From an uncultured Candidatus Rokubacteria bacterium (lineage in GTDB: Bacteria; Methylomirabilota; Methylomirabilia; Rokubacteriales; DASRDR01): 64,000 nucleotides of DNA. The stretch's first letter is position 1. The number at the start of each line of letters is the position of its first letter. The stretch is from the NCBI GenBank assembly GCA_963805625.1, contig CAWDVE010000010.1:1760001-1824000 (forward strand), given 5' to 3'. Positions 1 through 10,145 of this stretch are shown here, piece after piece. The position numbers and the translations under genes were made by a program. The notes under the pieces are model-generated. The model did not search any database. It had not been told where the DNA came from and was given only the letters and a program-made list of their open reading frames with translations.

Positions 1-1440
1 GCCGGCATGCTTCGGGATCTCCCAGAGGCTTGCGCCCTCCGCCTCGAGTACGCCGGCGACCCGGCGGAGACCCTCACGAACCGGGCCGTCGACGGACCTC
101 GCAGGGACGGTCGGCGCCGGGCCAGGGTCGCGCAGCGCGCCACGCGGCAGCTCGGTGAAGCTCGCGGAGATCTCGGCCAGCAACGTCTCGAAGCGCAGGC
201 GATCCTCGAGCGCGGCCTGCGCGCGCCGCCGCCGCCGCCGCTCGAAGAGCAGGCCCACGACGACGAGGGTCTGACTGACGAGCAACGCGAGCGCCGAGAC
301 GATCCCCCACCGGTATTGCTCCCACAGGGTCGGCTCGCGGTAGAGCACGCGGCTGCCGGGCGGCAGCCGGTTCTCGTCGAGACGCCAGCGCCGGAGCTGC
401 CGCCAGTCGACGACGACCTGCGGGCTCACCTGGCTGGCCCCCCACGGCGGCACCGCCTCGCCGCGAAGGACGCGCACCGCGACCCGGCCCGCTTCCGCGC
501 TCAGCTCCTGGAGGTCGACCATCGAGCCCCCCACGGCGCCAGCCCCAACCGTCGGGCTGAACACGGAGAACACGGGGCAGTTGGCCGCGGCCGACACCCT
601 GGGCAGGAAATCAAGCCCGACGAGGGATCGGCCGGCACCGTCGATCCAGACCTGGGACACCAAGAGGATCGAGCGTTCGGGAAGCGCGGCGACGCGCGTC
701 AGCATCTCCTCGAGGCTCAGGCCGGCCAAGTCCATCAGCTCCAGCCGGTCGCCGAAGGCCCGAAGCCGCTCCCGGTGCAGATCGGCGAAGAGCCGATTCT
801 CCGGCGACACGCCGCTGATCAACGCCACCCGCTGTGTCTTCGGCAGCAGCCGGAGAGCCAGGCGCACCGTGCCCTCAACGTCGTACCGCATCGGGATGGC
901 GGCCATCGTTGGAGGAAGCTCGAGCCGGGTCAGCAAGAGCTCGTCCACCCCGGCCACCACGACCGGCACCCCAGGCCAGAGGCCACCGCCCCAGCGGGCC
1001 AGGAACCCGAGGGGAGAGGGTAGAAAGGTGACGATGGCATCGAGCGTCACGCCGTCGTACTTCGCGCGAAACGCATCACGAACCCTGCGCTCGACGTCTG
1101 CCCCCTGGTAGCGTTGGGTGTCCACGTGCTCGCTGTAGATGCTGACGCGGGACCCCCAGGTCGTGACGAGCGGCCCGCGCATCCCAGCCAGCAGGAGCTG
1201 GGTCCCCGGAAGGGTCGGCTGATCCGGGAGCAGGATGAGGACGGCCTTCGGGGATCCCGCCTCCTCCGCTACCAGGGCACCGGGGGCGAGTAGACCGAGC
1301 GCCATGAGGGCCGGGAGAGCCGACCGGGCGCTCCGGCCCACGAAGCGCAAGGAAACCAGACATGCGGAGACGACGACGCGGTGCGACCCACCCGCCGCAG
1401 GTCGTGGCACCCGCGGAATGTCCGGTGCAGCCACAAGCAT
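1..1440 (-). CDS. Membrane sensor protein (periplasmic ABC-SBP-like domain + TM helix), probably a histidine kinase; runs off the left edge
   Basis: Not in the ORF track because it has no stop in the window. Manual translation gives a signal-like segment (ALPALMALGLLAPGALV), then KAVLILLPDQP...IYSEHVDTQRY...FRAKYDGVTLDAIV...WPGVPVV, then SVWEQYRW + TM + ERRRRRRAQAALEDRLRFETLLAEIS. The start is uncertain. Confidence 0.7.
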   Translation of the reverse strand, partial: MLVAAPDIPRVPRPAAGGSHRVVVSACLVSLRFVGRSARSALPALMALGLLAPGALVAEEAGSPKAVLILLPDQPTLPGTQLLLAGMRGPLVTTWGSRVSIYSEHVDTQRYQGADVERRVRDAFRAKYDGVTLDAIVTFLPSPLGFLARWGGGLWPGVPVVVAGVDELLLTRLELPPTMAAIPMRYDVEGTVRLALRLLPKTQRVALISGVSPENRLFADLHRERLRAFGDRLELMDLAGLSLEEMLTRVAALPERSILLVSQVWIDGAGRSLVGLDFLPRVSAAANCPVFSVFSPTVGAGAVGGSMVDLQELSAEAGRVAVRVLRGEAVPPWGASQVSPQVVVDWRQLRRWRLDENRLPPGSRVLYREPTLWEQYRWGIVSALALLVSQTLVVVGLLFERRRRRRAQAALEDRLRFETLLAEISASFTELPRGALRDPGPAPTVPARSVDGPVREGLRRVAGVLEAEGASLWEIPKHAG

Positions 1441-1915
1441 GTGTGAGGCGTAGCCCCCTTGGCCGTAGCCCCATGGCTTGTAGGGAGCCAGGGTGATCAT
1501 CAGCGACCGTGGCCGTGTCGGCCACCCCACCGGGATTATCGCAGAACTGTCACGAGAGCTCCAACCCGACGCCCAGAGCCCGCCGACGTCAGCAGGAACG
1601 CGGGGACTGACGGCCCAAGGCGCGGCAGATCGTAGGGGGGCGCCCGCCGAACAATACGTCCGACCCCGGGCATCACGCAGTGCGCTAGGCAGCACCGAGC
1701 CTGTGGACGAGCGAGAGACTCATCGACAGGCCGCGTCCGACGCCGACGAATCACTCGGATCATCCCGCGAATGACAGCGGTGACGATTACCTGCTGAGCT
1801 TGTGTCTCTAGGGCTGCCGAGGATGAGTGGCCGGTTGAGCTTCGCTGAATGCCAGTCGGGGAGTCTGGCAATCGCACCGGGGGCTACGGTGTGCGCCGTA
1901 ACCCCCGATGGCCGT

Positions 1916-1960
1916 TGGAGCGGCCGACCGGAATCGAACCGGCGATGTCCAGCTTGGGAA
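1916..1960 (-). repeat. tRNA-Gly 3' fragment (att core), copy with 2 mismatches
   Basis: 43/45 identical to 32662-32706; identity stops at the edge of the anticodon loop. Confidence 0.92.
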
Positions 1961-2526
1961 TTTCCTTGCGGTCACCTCACGTCATGTCACTTCCCCTCAG
2001 AATTCATCACTTTCGGCCACCTTCACGATCCCCGGATCTCACGTCTTGTCATTCCTTCTCACGCCATTCGGGCAGCATCTTGGGCAGCAGTCGCTGAGCG
2101 TCGCGTCAAGCAGGACACGTGCGTCGGAACCTCGGGGTGGCTCAATGTCGGATCGCCCGCGTCCAGAGCACTGTCGCGGATCCTGTGGTGTCCCACATTC
2201 TGACCGCATCCTCGTAAGGGCGCCCCGGCTCACCGCCACGAGTGATCCCCGCGGGCGAGCGTGACGGCTGGGCTGCTTTGATACCGTCCAAGACGTCCCC
2301 CTGCAATCCATCATACGAAGGCGGCCTCCTCCCCAGCGAGGAGGCTGCTCACTTTTGCACACCCCCTGACCAGGCGCGTTGCGAACCAGCCTCGGCGGGA
2401 GGCGCCCTTCACTGGCGACGCGCCCTGTTGTAGTCTTTCGGCTCGATAGCCCGACATCACGCCGGCAGTCTGGCCGTCGCGAGATGGAAGCGTCATGAAA
2501 GTGCGCTAACGGTGGTACGACGGGCA

Positions 2527-5500
2527 ATGGAGATACAGCCACCTCGAGGCCTGTGGTTCTCGCCCTTTCGGCTCGATCCGGATAATGCGCTGCTGTGGCG
2601 AGGCTCGGCAGAAATTCACCTGACACCCAAGGCCTTCGCCGTGCTGCACTGCCTCGTTGAGCGCCACGGCCAGCTTGTCACTAAGGACGTGTTGCTCGAG
2701 CGCGTCTGGCCCGGGACCGTGGTGGGCGACGCAGTGCTCAAGGTCTGCGTTCGGGAGATCCGGAAGGCTCTCGGCGATGAGGTCGGCGCACCCCGGTTCG
2801 TGGCCACGGTGCACCGTCGGGGGTACCGGTTCATCGCCGACGTCACCGACGTCGACCCGCGACCGCCGCGCGGTGAGGCGCCGGGGGGGTCGGCGGCGGC
2901 CGCCGCCCTCAGCAGCCGCGCCGGCTATCGCGGCCCGGCCCACTTCGTGGGCCGGGAGACGGCTTTGGGCAAGCTCCGGACAGGGCTCGATGCGGCGTGG
3001 CGCGGCGTGCGACAGATCGTCTTCGTGACCGGCGAGCCTGGCATCGGCAAGACGGGTGTGGTCGAGGCCTTTCTCGAGCGCGTCGCCTCCGACCCGCGCG
3101 TCTGGATCGCGCGAGGCCAGTGCGTCGAGACGTACGGGACTCAGGAACCATATCTGTCGCTGCTCGATGCCCTCGGCCGGCTGTGCCGCGAGACTGGGGG
3201 CGACTGGCTGGTCACCCTCTTGCGGCAGCATGCGCCCACCTGGCTGGTGCAGATGCCATGGCTCCTCGGTCCCGCCGACCGCGACGCGCTGCACCGGGAG
3301 TTGCTGGGCGCCACGCAAGAGCGCATGCTGCGCGAGATCGCCGAAGCGGTCGAGGCGCTGACTGCGGAAGCGCCTCTGGTCGTGGTCCTCGAAGACCTGC
3401 ACTGGAGTGACCCGGCGACCGTCGATCTGGTCTCACTCTTGGCGCGGCGCCCGCAGCCGGCGCGGTTGCTCCTGATCGGTACGTATCGTCCAGTCGATCT
3501 GATCGTCCGCCAGCACCCCCTCAAGGAAGTCAAGCTCGAGTTGCAGGCCGCCGGGCGATGCCAGGAAGTGTCGCTCGAGTTACTGGGTGTGGCCGCGGTG
3601 GCCGACTACCTGCGGGAACGTTTCGCCCACAACGCCTTCCCGTCAGGACTGGCGCAGGTCATCAGCCGGCGGACCGAGGGCAATCCGCTCTTCATGGTGA
3701 GCGTGATCGACGACCTCGTCGGGCGCGGACTGATCGCCATGCGCGACGACCGGTGGGAACTCCGCGCGGGGCTGGAGGAGGTCGAGGTCAGCGTGCCGGA
3801 GAGCCTGCGCCAGATGATCGAGCGGCGGATCGAGCAGCTCGGCGGCGAGGAGCGCCGCATCCTGGCGGCGGGCAGCGTGGCCGGCATGGAGTTCTCGGCG
3901 GCCTCGGTGGCGGCGGCCCTGAACCAAATGACGGCCGAGGTGGAGGAGCGGTGCGACGAGCTGGCGCGGCGGCAACTCTTCATCCGTTCGCTCGGAGCAC
4001 GCGAGTGGCCGGACCGGACGGTGGCGTCGAGCTACGGGTTCATGCATGCCCTGCATCAGAACGCGCTCTATCAGGGCATCACGCCGACGCGACGGCGGCA
4101 CTTGCACCAGGCGATCGGCGAGCGGGAGGAGATCGGCCACAGCGACCGGAGGGGGGATATCGCCGGCGCGCTCGCCGTGCACTTCCAGCAAGCGGGCGAT
4201 GACCGGCGAGCCGTGCGGTACCTGGCGGAGGCGGCGGACACGGCGAGTCGCCGACACGCCAACGCCGAGGCGGTCGGGTACGTCGCGCGCGCGCTCGAGA
4301 TCGCCGAGCGGTTACCGGACGGCGAGCGCGTGGCCTCGCACCTGGGGCTGCTCAAGCAGCTCGGCCTCCTCCGCCGCGCCATGGGCGACGTGCGCGGTTC
4401 GATTGAGGACTTCACGGCGCGCGCCCGCTACGCGCGGGAGCACGGCCGCGGCGATGAGGAGGTGCGGGCACTGTTGGAGCTGGGCGGCGCCCTCTCCTGG
4501 GTCGATCGCGACCGTAGCCTGGCCGCTGTCGAGCAGGCCCTCGCCCTCGTGCCTCAACTGCGTGACAAGGCATTGCAGGCGCACGTCAATGGTTCCCTCG
4601 CGTTCCAGCGCATCCTCTCGCGCGGATGGCGGGACGAGGACGCCAAGACGTGCCGTCTTTCGTTGGACATCGTGCGGCGCACCGGTGAGCGACGGCATCT
4701 CAGCCTACACGTTGGCCGCTATGCACTTCTGCAGAGCCACCGGTCGGAGTACCGGGCAGCGTGCCGCACGGCGGAGCAAGGCCTGCGGCTGGCGGTGGAG
4801 GTGCGCGACGCCTATCACTACATGACCGCTCAGTTCTATCGCGCGTGGGCGTTGCTGCATCTCGGGCAATGGGGGGAGCTGCGGCGCGTCCTCCGCGACG
4901 GACTCGAGATGGCGGAGCGCAACGGCCATCACCTGTGGGCGCGGGCATTCCGATTCCACACGGCATGGCTGCTCACGCACGCGGGTGACTTCGCGAGGGC
5001 TCGTGCGCTCTGCGAGCAGGAGCGGCAGCCCGGTGAGGAAGTCCAGCTGGGGGAGAACCTGGGCTCGATCGTCCTCGGGTTCGCCAATGTCGGGTCGAGC
5101 CGGTTCCCCGAAGCCCTGCGCGCCTTCAAGGAGGTCACCGGCCGGTTCGACAGCGGACCGGTCCTGATGGACTGGATCCTCAACATGCCGCTGCGTCTAG
5201 GACTGGGAGAGTACTGGCTCGTGCGCCGACAGTTCGGGCGGGCCCGCGAAGAGATGAAGGAGCTGTGTCGGCTCGCCACCGCCCCGGGTGAGCGCACGTA
5301 CCTCGCCCTCGGTCATCAGGGCCTGGCCGAGGCGGCTCTGGGCGAGGGCGACCGAGCCATGGCCGAACGCGAGGTGGCCGAGGCCCTCCGCGTGCTCGAC
5401 GGGTTCGAGGCGCCGGTGGCGGCGTGGCGAGTCTGCGCCACCGCCGCGCGTGTCGAGGAGGCACGTGGGAGCCTGTTGAGAGCGAAGGCCTACTGGGGGC

Positions 5501-5703
5501 GAGGTGCCGCGGTGCTCGAACGACTGGCAACCTGCCTAGAGGATGACGGCGATCTGTACCACTCCTTCCTGGCCCAACCCGCGGTTGAGGCCGTGCGCCG
5601 GAACGCGAAACGCTCGGCCGACGATGCGCCGGCAAAGAGCCTAGCCCCAGGCCGCGGCGGCCGGCGCCCCGGCTCGTCACGCCGCCGTCAGCGTCTGCCG
5701 TAG
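2527..5703 (+). CDS. OmpR/PhoB-type winged-helix + AAA/STAND ATPase + TPR-like transcriptional regulator
   Basis: N-terminal LTPKAFAVL...IRKALGD...TVHRRGYRF; Walker A GEPGIGKT; Walker B VVLEDLHWSD; TEGNPLF; helical C-terminus. Confidence 0.88.
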   Translation: MEIQPPRGLWFSPFRLDPDNALLWRGSAEIHLTPKAFAVLHCLVERHGQLVTKDVLLERVWPGTVVGDAVLKVCVREIRKALGDEVGAPRFVATVHRRGYRFIADVTDVDPRPPRGEAPGGSAAAAALSSRAGYRGPAHFVGRETALGKLRTGLDAAWRGVRQIVFVTGEPGIGKTGVVEAFLERVASDPRVWIARGQCVETYGTQEPYLSLLDALGRLCRETGGDWLVTLLRQHAPTWLVQMPWLLGPADRDALHRELLGATQERMLREIAEAVEALTAEAPLVVVLEDLHWSDPATVDLVSLLARRPQPARLLLIGTYRPVDLIVRQHPLKEVKLELQAAGRCQEVSLELLGVAAVADYLRERFAHNAFPSGLAQVISRRTEGNPLFMVSVIDDLVGRGLIAMRDDRWELRAGLEEVEVSVPESLRQMIERRIEQLGGEERRILAAGSVAGMEFSAASVAAALNQMTAEVEERCDELARRQLFIRSLGAREWPDRTVASSYGFMHALHQNALYQGITPTRRRHLHQAIGEREEIGHSDRRGDIAGALAVHFQQAGDDRRAVRYLAEAADTASRRHANAEAVGYVARALEIAERLPDGERVASHLGLLKQLGLLRRAMGDVRGSIEDFTARARYAREHGRGDEEVRALLELGGALSWVDRDRSLAAVEQALALVPQLRDKALQAHVNGSLAFQRILSRGWRDEDAKTCRLSLDIVRRTGERRHLSLHVGRYALLQSHRSEYRAACRTAEQGLRLAVEVRDAYHYMTAQFYRAWALLHLGQWGELRRVLRDGLEMAERNGHHLWARAFRFHTAWLLTHAGDFARARALCEQERQPGEEVQLGENLGSIVLGFANVGSSRFPEALRAFKEVTGRFDSGPVLMDWILNMPLRLGLGEYWLVRRQFGRAREEMKELCRLATAPGERTYLALGHQGLAEAALGEGDRAMAEREVAEALRVLDGFEAPVAAWRVCATAARVEEARGSLLRAKAYWGRGAAVLERLATCLEDDGDLYHSFLAQPAVEAVRRNAKRSADDAPAKSLAPGRGGRRPGSSRRRQRLP

Positions 5704-6125
5704 CCCTCTCGGGCTGGGGAGCGTCGCAAGGGGCGCGACGGTCAGGTGACCGGTGGCGGGAGGCGAGCACGCCCGGGCCGCAGATGCTCGCCGGGGGCGG
5801 TCATCCCGAGCCGCTACAGTCGCCGCCCGGAGTCTCCGGGCGTCTGTGTTTGCGCGCCCAGGATCCGCCTGGCCGCCGTGCAGTGCGGAAGCGTCGCAGA
5901 TCGGAGGTGGAGCGTCTCCGACGCAATACGGCATTCACTAATTCCACCCTTGCTGACCAGGCGATCGGCCCTGGCTCCGAAAGGTCTACAGCACCGCCAA
6001 CGAATTTGGTGTGAGCGCCGTGTCCGCTCGCCCGATGAGCCGCGGTAGACCCGCGGTCGAGATTGCCATCCGTCTCCACGCCAGCGCCATTCCAGCCCGA
6101 CCAGGATAGCCGTGACACCCAGCTT

Positions 6126-6163
6126 CCTTACCCGATTCTAACCGAAACCTTACGCGGTCCTCA
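6126..6163 (+). promoter_or_regulatory. Four direct repeats at 11-bp period, candidate winged-helix operator
   Basis: CCTTA (6126), TCTAA (6137), CCTTA (6148), CCTCA (6159), upstream of the 6225 and 6520 genes. Confidence 0.45.
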
Positions 6164-6224
6164 TGACGGGGCCGCACGGGTTCCCTACCCTCGACGTCGA
6201 GTGCAATGACCAGAGAGAGCCCGA

Positions 6225-6446
6225 GTGACGCCCGCTGACGAGACCCGACGCGCGCTACCCGTGGAACGGGCGTTCGTCGTGCACCTGCGACCGGAGGCGC
6301 TCCCCGAGGAGGGGCTACTGGTGGGCCGCGTCGAGCACGTCGTGTCCGGCCGGAGCGAGCATTTCGATTCGCTGCCCGAGTTGCTCGCCTTCCTAGGCCG
6401 GACGGTGAGGGTAGCAGAGGGGCTCTGCTTCAAGGAAGCGAGGTGA
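6225..6446 (+). CDS. Small hypothetical protein
   Basis: 73 aa; protein-like AFVVHL...GRVEHVVSG...FDSLPELLAFL. Confidence 0.65.
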   Translation: MTPADETRRALPVERAFVVHLRPEALPEEGLLVGRVEHVVSGRSEHFDSLPELLAFLGRTVRVAEGLCFKEAR

Positions 6447-6519
6447 GGGAACCAACGCGGGCCGACGTAATGACGCCACGTCCTCTTCACCACTCACACA
6501 GAGAGAGGAGCTTGCAACC

Positions 6520-7317
6520 ATGAAGAAGCAGATGGTCTTGTCCACCGTAGCCGCCGTTGGCGCGCTGTCGGTTCTGCTGTCACTCCCGGTTCGCCAGGCA
6601 CACGCACAAGCGGTATACCAGGCCGCCGGGCCGACCGCGGCCTCGATTCAGAGCACGGTGGACGAATTCCGTGATGCCCTGGGAGACAACCACGGCAACG
6701 TGGCGCAGCATTTCGACGGAGGTCGCCGCGAGATCAACTGGGACGGTAACCCTACGACGGACGTGACAACACCCCCGATCACGCCGTTCAACACGTTCCT
6801 GAACAGCCGCGGCGCTCAGTTCACCACGCCGGGGACCGGCCTTTCCCAGGCCCCTCCATCGGGCGGCCCTCAGGGCGGCCTTGCCGTGCTCTTCGACAAT
6901 CCCGCTTACGCCACCACCTTCAGCACGTTCAGCGCCCCGCGCCTGTTCACGCCGGTAGGCAGCCGGATCACCGAGGCCTTGTTCTTCGAGGCCGGCACCA
7001 ATGGAGCGAACCCGGCTGCGGTGACTGGCTTCGGCGCGGTCTTCACGGACGTTGACGGGCCGGAAGCGGGAAAGTCGGAGAAGCATAGTACCCGGATCGA
7101 GTACTTCGACGCCGATGGCCATCGGCTCTTCACCGGGCTCGTCCCGGCCTCGCCTGGCGATGGGACCTTCTCCTTCTTCGGCATCGTGTTCGACGACCCG
7201 CGCATCGCTCGGGTGCGGATCACGACCGGCGACTCGCGCCCGGGCCCGGATGACGATAAGAAGGACATCGTCATGATGGATGACTTCATCTACGGTGAGC
7301 CGCAACCTTTGCCATGA
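6520..7317 (+). CDS. Secreted beta-rich hypothetical protein
   Basis: GAGGAG RBS; signal peptide ending AHA; RREINWDG, FGAVFTDVD and MMDDFIYGEP motifs. Confidence 0.8.
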   Translation: MKKQMVLSTVAAVGALSVLLSLPVRQAHAQAVYQAAGPTAASIQSTVDEFRDALGDNHGNVAQHFDGGRREINWDGNPTTDVTTPPITPFNTFLNSRGAQFTTPGTGLSQAPPSGGPQGGLAVLFDNPAYATTFSTFSAPRLFTPVGSRITEALFFEAGTNGANPAAVTGFGAVFTDVDGPEAGKSEKHSTRIEYFDADGHRLFTGLVPASPGDGTFSFFGIVFDDPRIARVRITTGDSRPGPDDDKKDIVMMDDFIYGEPQPLP

Positions 7318-7395
7318 GCGACGCGGCGGTGGAGCGGCCCAACAGGAGCTCGGGCGACTCCTGACGTTGGACCCCGCCTCTTATCCGACAGGCCT

Positions 7396-7420
7396 GGAGG
7401 GGGGCACTCTGCCCCCCTCC
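7396..7420. terminator. 11-bp GC hairpin (terminator or REP-like)
   Basis: GGAGGGGGGCA-CTC-TGCCCCCCTCC, 80 bp after the 7317 stop. Confidence 0.45.
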
Positions 7421-7872
7421 CCCCTGCTTTCGGCGTCACTCCGGGCTTCCCCGCAGAACGCAGCGAGCCTCGAATCGGAAGGGGGAAGCACTGCTTTCGT
7501 ACCGTCCAAAGCCCCCCCGCAACCATGAACGGCACACAGTCCTCCGGCTGACGACGGCGTTGCTGCTCATCGAGCACGGAGCGTTCGACTTCGCCATGTA
7601 CAAGGACTGGAGTGGCTACGCCGCGACAATCGGGAGCAGCCCATTCTTGCTCGCTCACCATCCGCTCCGTCCCTTCGCCGCTGGTTCGAATGCGCCCGAC
7701 AGCGACGTCCAACCTCGAGTCTGGACGTCGCAGGTCGAGGGAGCTGCCCAAACGAGCTCATCTGCATGGGATCTCATTGGAAGCATGGGCGAAATTCGGT
7801 GTGAACGCAGGCGCAAAAGCAGCAGCAACGCGAACGCGGAGCTGCAGGTGCGCTGCAACCCCGCGTCGTCGT

Positions 7873-7917
7873 TGGAGCGGGCGACCGGAATCGAACCGGC
7901 GACGTCCAGCTTGGGAA
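7873..7917 (-). repeat. tRNA-Gly 3' fragment (att core), perfect copy
   Basis: 45/45 identical to 32662-32706. Confidence 0.95.
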
Positions 7918-8085
7918 TTTTCTTGCGTGGTCTCACGAAATGTCACTTGCCATCAGAATTCATCACTTGCGCCCATCGGCCCGATCCCGCGATCTCACAC
8001 CTTGTCACTCCTTCTCACGCCAGTTGGGCAGCAGCCGCCGGACGCCGCGTCATGCTGCCTAGTCGGCCCTCCACCGCTCCGTCCC

Positions 8086-8874
8086 TCACCTCATGCTTTC
8101 CCGCACGTCGACCAGCACCTGGTCGTAGACGCCGAGACGGACGAAGCCCAGGCGGGGAAACTCGAGATCGAGGATGACGGCCAGGGAAAGCGCCATGGTG
8201 GCCGCGAAGGCCGCCATGTGAACCCAGTTCCGCCCCCGACCCGCCGCCATACTGTGCCCGGAGAGCAGGGAGCTCACGAGCATCAGCGCGATGAGCATGG
8301 CGTAGATGATGCCCGGGGGGTGCGTCTGGGCGGCGACGGTCCGGGTGGTGGCGATGTCGATCATCGCGTTGAGAGCGGGAAGAACCAGCATCCGCGTGGG
8401 CTGGGAGCCCTCGCGTTGGCTAACGGCGACGGCCTGGGTCCAGATCTCTCCCTGCAGTGCCGCGGCCCGGGCCAGCTCCGCCCTCGCCGCCGAGACGTCC
8501 GGGAGGGCTCGGTACGCCGCGAGTCGCGCGTCGACGTATTGCCGGAACTTCTCCCGAAGCGCCGGCTGGGCCTCGGGCGGAAGCACGGCGAGCCGCAGGT
8601 AGGCGGTGCCGATCGCGTTGGCTTCCTCGACGACGAGCTGGCGCCTTGCATCCCATCGCGACGCGGCGCCCGAAAACGTGAACGCGATCAGGAGCCCCAG
8701 GAGGGCGAAGACCGCGCCGTCCATCACGCCGACCTCCGCCCGTGCCCCCTGAGGATCACCCGCCGCGCGCCATCGGCCGATACCGCGGCCGATCTCCAGG
8801 AAGAGGAGCATGCCGACGAACACGCCGACAGTCAAAGACAAGCCCAGAAGCACGGAGTGCCGGTACGCCATCAC
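8086..8874 (-). CDS. DUF4239-like membrane protein
   Basis: LLGLLIAFTFSGAASRWDARRQLVVEEANAIGTAYLR and ILDLEFPRLG motifs; several TM segments. Confidence 0.8.
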   Translation of the reverse strand: MMAYRHSVLLGLSLTVGVFVGMLLFLEIGRGIGRWRAAGDPQGARAEVGVMDGAVFALLGLLIAFTFSGAASRWDARRQLVVEEANAIGTAYLRLAVLPPEAQPALREKFRQYVDARLAAYRALPDVSAARAELARAAALQGEIWTQAVAVSQREGSQPTRMLVLPALNAMIDIATTRTVAAQTHPPGIIYAMLIALMLVSSLLSGHSMAAGRGRNWVHMAAFAATMALSLAVILDLEFPRLGFVRLGVYDQVLVDVRESMR

Positions 8875-9167
8875 GGAGACGAGAGGCGGCTCGCCAAACC
8901 GGCTGCACGTGTCGCAGCGCGAAGGTCATCAAGGGCCGCTCGTTTCATGGTCTCCTCTCGTGGCGAGGGCGGTTTCATCGGCTCTGCCAACGGTTCTATG
9001 CCGGGTACCGAACGCAGGCTTCAATAGGGGGCGCAGCGCCTCACTGGATCGCCTGGTGCGATGCGCGTTGGTACGTTCCGGAGCGCCTCGGCTGTGAACG
9101 GCCTCCGCGCGGGCCGCCTCCTCGACCACGTCGTCGGCCAGCGCGCTTCACGAACGAACGCCTGGCA

Positions 9168-9427
9168 TTACTGCGCGTTGTTCTTGGCGTCTTGAGTCTT
9201 CTGCTGAAGAAACTGCTCCTCCGCGGTCGTCCGCCCCGGCAAGATCAGCTTGGGCGACTGGGGCTGATAGCACGTCTGCTGGCTTGCCCACATCTGGCAC
9301 TGCTGCTGGTTGACGACCTCTTGCTCCGGGCTCTGCCCCTGCGTCGGGTACACAAGGCCACGACCACCGCCGTGCTGAGGATGCGCGCGGTGTCCCTGGC
9401 CCATGTCCTCGATGGCGGCCGCGCCAT
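9168..9427 (-). pseudogene. Frameshifted small exported protein
   Basis: A signal-like ILSTAVVVAL and a YPTQGQSPEQ...QCQMWASQQT domain lie in different frames. Confidence 0.4.
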
Positions 9428-9531
9428 GTTCAGGATGGTTCGTCCACCTCCGGTGGAGGCAGGGTGAGCCAGCGACCCGCGTACAGTCCTCCATGATAGA
9501 CTGTGGGACTAAGTAAAACGAGTCGAGTGAG

Positions 9532-9762
9532 TTGACCACGACCAAGACCGTATTCACCGCCGTCCTCGAACGGGAAGGCGACGTCTATGTCGGGCTGTGC
9601 CCCGAACTCGACATCGCCAGCCAAGGGGCGACGATCGAAGAGGCCGCCGCGAACCTCCGGGAAGCAGTAGTCTTGTTCCTGGAGACGGCCGACTCCCGAG
9701 AGATCACCCACCGGTTGCGGTCTGGCGTGTTCGTGACGACGTTCGACGTCGTCGATGGGTAG
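9532..9762 (+). CDS. hicB: HicB-like antitoxin (short form)
   Basis: FTAVLEREGDVYVGLCPELDIASQGATIEEAAANLREAV. Confidence 0.85.
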   Translation: MTTTKTVFTAVLEREGDVYVGLCPELDIASQGATIEEAAANLREAVVLFLETADSREITHRLRSGVFVTTFDVVDG

Positions 9763-9981
9763 ACTGCGGGTCCTCTCCGGCCGCGAAGCCTGCCGCATCC
9801 TGGAGCAACACGGATTCAGCGAGGTTCGGCGCCGAAGAAGCCACATGTCATGCAGCGTCGAACCTCCGAGGGCACGACTACGGTTCCGGTCCCGAACCAC
9901 GCCGAACTCGCCATCGGGACTCTGGCGTCAATCATCCGCCAGAGCGGCGCGCCTCGCGCGGCATTCGAGTCGCCGGAGTAG
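9755..9981 (+). pseudogene. hicA: HicA toxin, 1-nt frameshift
   Basis: MGRLRVLSGREACRILEQHGFSEVRRRRSH, then VMQRR...TVPVPNHAELAIGTLASIIRQSG in another frame; CACATGTC here vs CACATTGTC in the second copy. Confidence 0.8.
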
Positions 9982-10145
9982 CTCCCAGCCGTCACGCCGC
10001 CCTTCCTGGGGAGCGACGGAGGACCCGCCGTCCTCGGGAGATGCCTCCCAAGCCGAGGCGCACGCGATGTGACCTTGAACCCACGATAGCGCCAGGGCAT
10101 CCGGAACCCCAAGGAAACCCGGAACGAATTCATGATTCGGTGTAC

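Larger units (their letters stand above)
1961..7872. mobile_element. Integrase-less integrative cargo segment 1 (wHTH-STAND regulator module)
   Basis: Bounded by direct tRNA-Gly 3' repeats; both ends carry arm sequences shared with the other segments. Confidence 0.7.

Noticed and set aside
7-1023. 338-aa plus-strand ORF and many other long overlapping ORFs in the track
   Set aside because: These are antisense or alternative-frame shadows of real genes in high-GC DNA; they are Arg/Pro-rich with no family motifs.
7675-7700. GGTTCGAAT as a further inverted tRNA remnant
   Set aside because: No T-stem pairing, and it is absent at the equivalent position of the other type B arm.
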